Virus record (IMG/VR): IMGVR_UViG_3300035390_000014
Location: 32,001 to 96,000 of that record
DNA from: a virus
Lineage: Duplodnaviria > Caudoviricetes
DNA length: 64,000 nucleotides
Direction: 5' to 3' (one strand)
Shown piece by piece: positions 58,202 to 64,000 of the stretch. Every line of letters begins with the position of its first letter. Position 1 is the first letter of the stretch. The notes under the pieces were generated by a model that saw only the letters and a list, made by a program, of their open reading frames with translations, was not told where the DNA came from and ran no database searches. Position numbers and translations under genes: made by a program.

Positions 58202-58902
58202 TTAATAAAAACCTATTAATAGAAAAAACATTTGCATGGGATGAAACCATTGAAAACCCAAAGGGTGAAGAATTGGTTATTCTTTGTCATGGATGGAAAA
58301 GCGGTGCAGCTAAATTAAAAGAATTAGCATTATTTTTCAGAAGATATAGATATGCTGTATATAGATTAAATCTTTCAACTACATTTGGTGCCGTTTCTAC
58401 AATAATGAAACAATCTAAAAACCAATTAGAAAAAATAGATTTTGGCTCTGAATATAAAAAAGTATATTTAGTGGGTCATTCTTTTGGAGGAATTATATCT
58501 AAAATTTTATTAAATACCTATATGTTTCCTAATTGTGATAGATTTGTTACTATAGGAACTCCTTGGGATAGTACTCCAACTGCAAGAAAAATTGAAGCTA
58601 ATATAAAATTTGGGGATGACCCGGCTCTTCTTGGTAATGGTTTAAAATTATTAAAAATAGCTAAAGCTTCTAAAATGAAAAATACTAAAATAAGAGTTGG
58701 ATTAATAGGCGGAAATAAACCTTATAATGAAAAACAAGATATTGGTGAAGACTTTGATGGAACAGTTCCAACTGCTTCTGCATTGGCATTAACCGAAAAA
58801 GTTTCTGATAGAAAAACATTTCATTTAAATCATACTGAATTGGTTAATGATACTGCAGTTGCTAATTCTGTGCTTAAATTTTTTAAATCAGGAAAATTTT
58901 AA
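58198..58902 (+). CDS. Alpha/beta hydrolase (lipase/esterase-like)
   Basis: LCHGW, GHSFGG nucleophile elbow, DGTVP, HTEL. Confidence 0.88.
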   Translation: MINKNLLIEKTFAWDETIENPKGEELVILCHGWKSGAAKLKELALFFRRYRYAVYRLNLSTTFGAVSTIMKQSKNQLEKIDFGSEYKKVYLVGHSFGGIISKILLNTYMFPNCDRFVTIGTPWDSTPTARKIEANIKFGDDPALLGNGLKLLKIAKASKMKNTKIRVGLIGGNKPYNEKQDIGEDFDGTVPTASALALTEKVSDRKTFHLNHTELVNDTAVANSVLKFFKSGKF

Positions 58903-58910
58903 AAAGGTTA

Positions 58911-60503
58911 ATGATGGTAAAAAAAATATCTTTTATAAAACTTATTAGATTATGGGGTATTATTTTTATAAGTTCACTTGTTGGTATTATTATTAGTATT
59001 GACATTATTATTACCTATAATGATTTTAATATTCGTATGGATACATTACGTACAAATTATATTAAACAACAAAAAAAAGATGTTAAACGTGAAGTTAATC
59101 GAGTTGTTGAGATGATTAGTTGTGAAAGAATGCAAGATAAAAATGATGAACATACAAAAAGAAGATGGTTAGAAAGAATTAATTATATACGTTTCGGAAA
59201 AAATGATAATGGATATTTATTCGCAGGATCGTGGGATGGAATTAGTCTTGCCCATGGAGATATACCCGAACTAATTGGTAAAGATATTTTAGATTTTACT
59301 GACAGTAAAGGCAATAAAACATCACAACTACTAATAGCTACTTCAAAAATTGAAGGTGGAGGATTTGTTCCTTTTTGGTGGATAAAACCAGATACAGGAA
59401 TAGAAAGTTCTAAGATTACATATGTTGAAGGAATACCAGACTGGGAAATGCTTATTGCTGCAGGAATTTATGATGATGATATAGAGCATGATATAACAAT
59501 TTTACATAATACATTAAATGAACAAATGATATCAAAAATTGGTGTTTTAATTATATTTATTATAATTACATTTTGTGTATTTATATTTCTATTTAATTTT
59601 TTAAGTGGTAAACTAAAAAAAGATTTTAATTTATTTATTTCATTTTTTAAAAATGCAGCTTTATCTGATAAAAAAATTGATAATAAATTTATTAACTATA
59701 TAGAGCTTGAACAAGTATCAGAATATATAAATCAGATGATACAAGATAAATCAGATGTTCAACAAACTATATCAGACGAAAGATTGAAAACTGAAAGACG
59801 TTTAGAACAATCAAGAAAAATGGAATCAATTGGAACATTAACGTCTGGTATTGCTCATGATTTTAATAATATTCTTTTTATAATAAAAGGTAATATTGAA
59901 TTATTGATGATGACTGATAAAAATGAAAAGTTTGATATAATAATAAAAGCTAGTAATCGAGCTATAAAATTAATTGAACAAATTACATCATTTAGTAGAC
60001 ATGATGATGTAGAATTAAAAGATGTTAATATAAAACCAATAATAGTAGAAAGTATTAATTTAAGCAAATCATCAATTTCAGAAAATACAAGCATTATAAG
60101 TGATATAAAAGATGGAAATTATATAGTTAAAACTGATGAAATAAAAATTGGACAAGTGGTTTTGAATTTAATAACAAATGCCTGTCATGCTGTTGAAGAT
60201 ATTGAAGGTAAAATTTTAATTAGTTTGAAAAATATAAATATTCATAATGGTGATTTAATTAAGAAAAATTTACCAAAAGGAGACTACGCTCAATTAAAAA
60301 TTACTGATAATGGGTGTGGGATTGATCCCGAAAATTTAGATAAAATATTTGATCCTTACTTTACTACAAAAGATATATCTAAAGGTACTGGATTAGGATT
60401 ATCTATTGTATATGGAATTATTAAAGAATCTAAAGGTTTTATTAATGTACAAAGTGAATTGAATATTGGAACTACTTTTGATATTTTTATCCCACTTGTT
60501 TAA
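58911..60503 (+). CDS. Membrane sensor histidine kinase with single Cache domain, no receiver domain
   Basis: Two TM helices around NGYLF...DG...HG...LIGK...D..G...WIKP; H-box GIAHDFNNIL; N-box QVVLNLITNA; DNGCGI; FTTK; GTGLGL. Confidence 0.93.
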   Translation: MMVKKISFIKLIRLWGIIFISSLVGIIISIDIIITYNDFNIRMDTLRTNYIKQQKKDVKREVNRVVEMISCERMQDKNDEHTKRRWLERINYIRFGKNDNGYLFAGSWDGISLAHGDIPELIGKDILDFTDSKGNKTSQLLIATSKIEGGGFVPFWWIKPDTGIESSKITYVEGIPDWEMLIAAGIYDDDIEHDITILHNTLNEQMISKIGVLIIFIIITFCVFIFLFNFLSGKLKKDFNLFISFFKNAALSDKKIDNKFINYIELEQVSEYINQMIQDKSDVQQTISDERLKTERRLEQSRKMESIGTLTSGIAHDFNNILFIIKGNIELLMMTDKNEKFDIIIKASNRAIKLIEQITSFSRHDDVELKDVNIKPIIVESINLSKSSISENTSIISDIKDGNYIVKTDEIKIGQVVLNLITNACHAVEDIEGKILISLKNINIHNGDLIKKNLPKGDYAQLKITDNGCGIDPENLDKIFDPYFTTKDISKGTGLGLSIVYGIIKESKGFINVQSELNIGTTFDIFIPLV

Positions 60504-60523
60504 AAATAAATAGGAAAATTCTA

Positions 60524-61084
60524 ATGATAAACAAATACCTACAATACATTCAAGAGTCTGTAAAACCAGATGTACTATATCATGCTGCTTCTGAATTAAC
60601 TAAAACTATTATTCCAAGAAAAAGTAAAATTGGGCATACAGGTAAAATGAAAAAACATTCTTATGTTAATAAGAGTTGGGAGAAAAAAGCTGTATTTTCT
60701 GCTACTACCAAATTAATGTGTTATCCATTTGGTTTAGAAAGAATCAATATGATGTGGCCAGGTAATCATACAGAGGAAGAAGTTAATAGTTGGACTAAAG
60801 CATGTTATCTTTCTACAGGTAAAAATAATATACTAAAAGTTTATTACTGGAATTATACTCCAATAAAACCATTTTATCTTTATTATGTTGATCCAAAAGA
60901 TTTTAAGTTAATAAATGATTCACCTGGTGCTGCAGTGGAACAATGGTATTGTACAAAAGAAGTAATCCCTTTAAAAATAGAAAAAATCTACCCTAATCAA
61001 ATAAAGAAAAGTTGGGAGCGAATTGGTGATAAGGATTGGGAGATTAAAAAACAGAAATATAAAACAAAAGGTTTTTTTAAATGA
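60524..61084 (+). CDS. Predicted head-packaged protein; possible ADP-ribosyltransferase-like fold
   Basis: MINKYLQYIQE/S; LYHAA...AVFSAT...YLYYVDP...QWYCTKEV layout resembles Arr-type ART folds. Confidence 0.45.
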   Translation: MINKYLQYIQESVKPDVLYHAASELTKTIIPRKSKIGHTGKMKKHSYVNKSWEKKAVFSATTKLMCYPFGLERINMMWPGNHTEEEVNSWTKACYLSTGKNNILKVYYWNYTPIKPFYLYYVDPKDFKLINDSPGAAVEQWYCTKEVIPLKIEKIYPNQIKKSWERIGDKDWEIKKQKYKTKGFFK

Positions 61085-61545
61085 TTGATAAATATCTAGA
61101 TCATATTCAAGAAGGATATCTAATTAATGAAAGAACTATTTCAATTGATTTAGATAAATTTGAGAGTGGGGAATCTAATAAACTTTTAGTTGTTGGGTTA
61201 TCCGGTGGTGGTAAATCTACATTATCAAAGTATCTATCTAAAAAATATAATTGCTATCATAATGAATTAGATGACTGTTGTAAAAGTGCTTTAACTCCAG
61301 AAGAATACCAAGACTTTATTATGCTTAATTCAAGAACAGCAAATAATAAAACAATTAGAATATATAAATCTAAGAAGAGAAAAGGAAAACATCAAGATAT
61401 GTCTACAGTAACTGACTTGATTAAACGAGGGTTGATATTAAACTTTAAAAATTTACAGAAAGACGTAAACACATTCAAGAAACTTAGAAAGAAACATGGT
61501 GGTAATATTCAAACATTTGACGTACCTATGTTAAAGGGAGTTTGA
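61081..61545 (+). CDS. P-loop kinase-like protein (short); predicted head-packaged
   Basis: MIDKYLDHIQE/G; LLVVGLSGGGKST. Confidence 0.65.
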   Translation: MIDKYLDHIQEGYLINERTISIDLDKFESGESNKLLVVGLSGGGKSTLSKYLSKKYNCYHNELDDCCKSALTPEEYQDFIMLNSRTANNKTIRIYKSKKRKGKHQDMSTVTDLIKRGLILNFKNLQKDVNTFKKLRKKHGGNIQTFDVPMLKGV

Positions 61546-61549
61546 TATT

Positions 61550-62122
61550 ATGAAACTATACAAACATGAAAATTATAAAGATTATATAAAATGTCAAGAG
61601 GATAAAAATAAAAGAAAAATAACTCTTGTTTGGATTAAACCTCATGAAATAAAATTGATTGCAAATAAAATAAAAAAATATATTCCAAATGCTTCTTTTG
61701 GAATTTGTCATGGTGTTAGAAATGGTTGGGAAGTTAAACAATTAAGAAGTTTATTAAATATTGATGTAATAGGTACAGATATCGCTACATCTGCAACTAA
61801 TTTTGATTATACAATTCAATGGGATTTTCATAATATAAAAAATGAATGGGAAAATAATATAGATTTTATATATAGTAATTCTTTTGATCATTCATATGAT
61901 CCTGAAATGTGTTTGGATAGATGGATGAAATGTATAAAAAAAAGAAAAGGTGTTTGTTTTATTCATTGGATGTCTACTAATGCTGATAAAATAGATTCTG
62001 CTGATTGCTTTGCTGCTACATTAGAAGAATATAGAAAAATGATTAATAAAAAATATCAGGTGGTTGAAGAATTTGGAAATAATGGTAGAATTGTTTTTGT
62101 AATAAAACATAAAGGAAAATAA
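61550..62122 (+). CDS. Class I SAM-dependent methyltransferase-like protein
   Basis: ICHGVRNG, VIGTDI, DFH...DFIYSNSFDHSYDPEMCL. Confidence 0.75.
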   Translation: MKLYKHENYKDYIKCQEDKNKRKITLVWIKPHEIKLIANKIKKYIPNASFGICHGVRNGWEVKQLRSLLNIDVIGTDIATSATNFDYTIQWDFHNIKNEWENNIDFIYSNSFDHSYDPEMCLDRWMKCIKKRKGVCFIHWMSTNADKIDSADCFAATLEEYRKMINKKYQVVEEFGNNGRIVFVIKHKGK

Positions 62123-62131
62123 TCTTTTAAT

Positions 62132-62147
62132 GAGGAACATATTAAAT
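62132..62147 (+). promoter_or_regulatory. Putative phage promoter (GGAACATATTAAA)
   Basis: Plus-strand copy upstream of a plus-strand gene, confirming directionality. Confidence 0.55.
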
Positions 62148-62206
62148 AAATGGACCTTCACTATTTATGGTAGACTTGAAGCTGGATAAAAGATAAGGAG
62201 AACTAC

Positions 62207-62458
62207 ATGTACACAATGCGCGCTGCTGATCCTGATATAAATAGATTTACAGAGTTACCAAACAAAGAAGAAGCGAAAATGATTATTCTGGAACAATTTA
62301 ATATTAATCAAACAGAATTATTATTTTGGTTGGATAACAATACAAAAGTAAAACACGTATTAAAAGAAGATGATTACTATTATATATTTTTTAAAAGTGA
62401 AACTGAATATACAAAACTAAGTGAATATTTAGAAGCCAAAGTTTTTATAGCTGCATAA
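62207..62458 (+). CDS. Hypothetical protein
   Basis: 83 aa ORF with AAGGAG RBS. Confidence 0.75.
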   Translation: MYTMRAADPDINRFTELPNKEEAKMIILEQFNINQTELLFWLDNNTKVKHVLKEDDYYYIFFKSETEYTKLSEYLEAKVFIAA

Positions 62459-62551
62459 GATAGATATAAAAAGTAAGCAGATAGATTTTCTGGAATCGTA
62501 TCCATTTATTAATATATATAATAATAAATTTTAAAATGAAAAAGGTAAATT

Positions 62552-63232
62552 ATGTCTGCACCTAAAAATCCTGATACAATAATTATAAAAAATGAGGCTT
62601 ATCCGCAAGGATTAACTCAGGGACAGGTTTGGAAATATTATCAAGACCATAAAGGTTTTATTTTAAATAATGTAAAAAATAGAGATTTAATGTTTGCTGT
62701 TATGGTTGATCTCAATAAATCAATTATGAAAAGACATTTATCAAAACCAAATGGTATACAATTAAATAATAGTAACTATGACATAGTTTTGTCAGGAAGA
62801 ACTGTAACTATATATCCATCAATGAAAGCATATGAAGATTTTTGTGTTATTGATATAGATAGTGATAATTGGCAAAAAGCTATAGAAGTTACAACCTATA
62901 TTTATAATATTATGAAAGAAGCTAATTTTGTAATGAATTTAAAAATTCTATATACAGGGAAGACTTCTTTTCATATTCATTGTTATCTACGAAATAAATA
63001 TCCTATTAATAAACTCAAGATGATCATTTTAGATCATATCCAAAGAAATCAAAATTCTACATTTACAATTCAACATAAAAGAACATCTACGAAACCTAAT
63101 ATAGATTTATCGCCAATGAAATATAAAGGAACCTATATAGCGGAAGGATCTTTGTCTATATGGGGATTAAAATGTATAACAGTGAACATAAATGATTTAA
63201 GGAATTTTAAACAATGGAAAGCAACAATATGA
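62552..63232 (+). CDS. Stand-alone LigD-type primase-polymerase (AEP) domain
   Basis: LTQGQVWKYY, VIDID, YTGKTSFHIH, IDLSP..YKG. Confidence 0.78.
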   Translation: MSAPKNPDTIIIKNEAYPQGLTQGQVWKYYQDHKGFILNNVKNRDLMFAVMVDLNKSIMKRHLSKPNGIQLNNSNYDIVLSGRTVTIYPSMKAYEDFCVIDIDSDNWQKAIEVTTYIYNIMKEANFVMNLKILYTGKTSFHIHCYLRNKYPINKLKMIILDHIQRNQNSTFTIQHKRTSTKPNIDLSPMKYKGTYIAEGSLSIWGLKCITVNINDLRNFKQWKATI

Positions 63233-64000
63233 AAATGTGGTTATTTAGATCAAATTTGCGATCATTAGAAAGTTATCATTCAATAAAAGATATAGAAACC
63301 TTTAAAGAAGAATGTCATGATTTTTACATATTACAATTAATATGGTTTCTTGAAAATGATTATATTGATGAAGCAATTGTGTGGAGACTAAGACCAAAAG
63401 ATGAACATAAAACCATAAAGAATATTCATTGGAAAGTTAATGATAAATGGTTCAGTCAAGTTTGGGTTGACGACTTTTCAGAAGCTATAGAACAAAATAC
63501 CTTATCAACAGACATCTCACTTTTCAGAGGTGGTTTCCCAGAATATGATAAATTAACACATCATAGAAATAAAAGAAAACTAGGTATTAGATTATATCTT
63601 GGAGCTGGACAAAGAGTATACCCTAAATATGGAGGTCAGTATGACAAATTTTTATTTGAAGAAGAAGTTACCTTTGGGAAAAATACGGTGCCTTTCTATA
63701 AAACTGCGTCGCCTAATATTTTTCATTCAATTCCATCAGCGGAAGATCCTTTATATGACATTTGTTATATCTCCAATTTTAGCCAATTAAGTTATAAAGG
63801 TCAAGAGAAATTTATACAACAGGTAGGAAATTCAAAATATTTACAATCACTTCGCATAGTTCATATTGGAAATAAACCAGAAATTGGAATTTCATTATGT
63901 CTTCAATATAATGTAGATAATATAATATTTAAAGGTTGGGTAGATAGAAATGAATCCAATCGTATAATCAATTTATGTAAATTTGGTTTAGTATATTCAA
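63229..64000 (+). CDS. Partial GT-B glycosyltransferase-like CDS running off the window end
   Basis: Manual translation open from the ATGA overlap at 63229 to the end: MKMWLFRS...YDICYISNF...KGQEKF...IIFKGWVDR. Confidence 0.6.
   Translation, partial: MKMWLFRSNLRSLESYHSIKDIETFKEECHDFYILQLIWFLENDYIDEAIVWRLRPKDEHKTIKNIHWKVNDKWFSQVWVDDFSEAIEQNTLSTDISLFRGGFPEYDKLTHHRNKRKLGIRLYLGAGQRVYPKYGGQYDKFLFEEEVTFGKNTVPFYKTASPNIFHSIPSAEDPLYDICYISNFSQLSYKGQEKFIQQVGNSKYLQSLRIVHIGNKPEIGISLCLQYNVDNIIFKGWVDRNESNRIINLCKFGLVYS

Noticed and set aside
30584-63232. Genome-wide reassignment of TGA to Trp or Cys
   Set aside because: TGA acts as an ordinary stop in many ATGA overlaps (30584, 53318, 54329, 55825, 56268, 58198, 61081, 63229), and Trp and Cys use TGG and TGT/TGC. 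Only two TGAs fall at Cys-expected positions.
127-63790. Short antisense or off-frame track ORFs (e.g. 127, 403, 2261, 6065, 12348, 22443, 27848, 46071, 46524, 59855, 63599)
   Set aside because: They lie inside longer genes with recognisable motifs and show no independent RBS or domain signal.

Overview
AT-rich 64 kb segment of a large myovirus-like (jumbo) phage. It carries T4-type structural genes (gp5-like spike, gp53-like wedge, gp13-like neck, PAAR tip) and a T4-like replication set (primase, gp45-like clamp, clamp loader, RecA/UvsX, 5'-3' exonuclease, SF1B helicase, class II ribonucleotide reductase). It also encodes its own multisubunit RNA polymerase: a one-piece beta subunit and a beta' split into two genes. 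Genes run on the minus strand to about 44.2 kb and on the plus strand after that. The switch coincides with a Rep-like gene followed by five 16-18 bp iteron-like repeats, a candidate replication origin. The most striking observation is two small genes, the PAAR spike tip (56888-57175) and a zinc-ribbon protein (37289-37528). Each has an in-frame TGA at a position where Cys is expected, followed by a hairpin with a GGU apical loop at bacterial-SECIS spacing, so both are candidate phage selenoproteins. Other notable items: many proteins share a predicted capsid-targeting/prohead-protease signal (membrane-active paralogues plus Nudix, nucleotidyltransferase, ART-like and kinase enzymes); two recurrent promoter-like motifs; an Acb2/Tad1-like sponge; stand-alone LigD modules; a KhpA homologue; an orphan Cache-domain histidine kinase; and a glycosyltransferase cluster. 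All family calls come from motif recognition by eye, with no database searches. At least two homopolymer frameshifts suggest the assembly contains indel errors.
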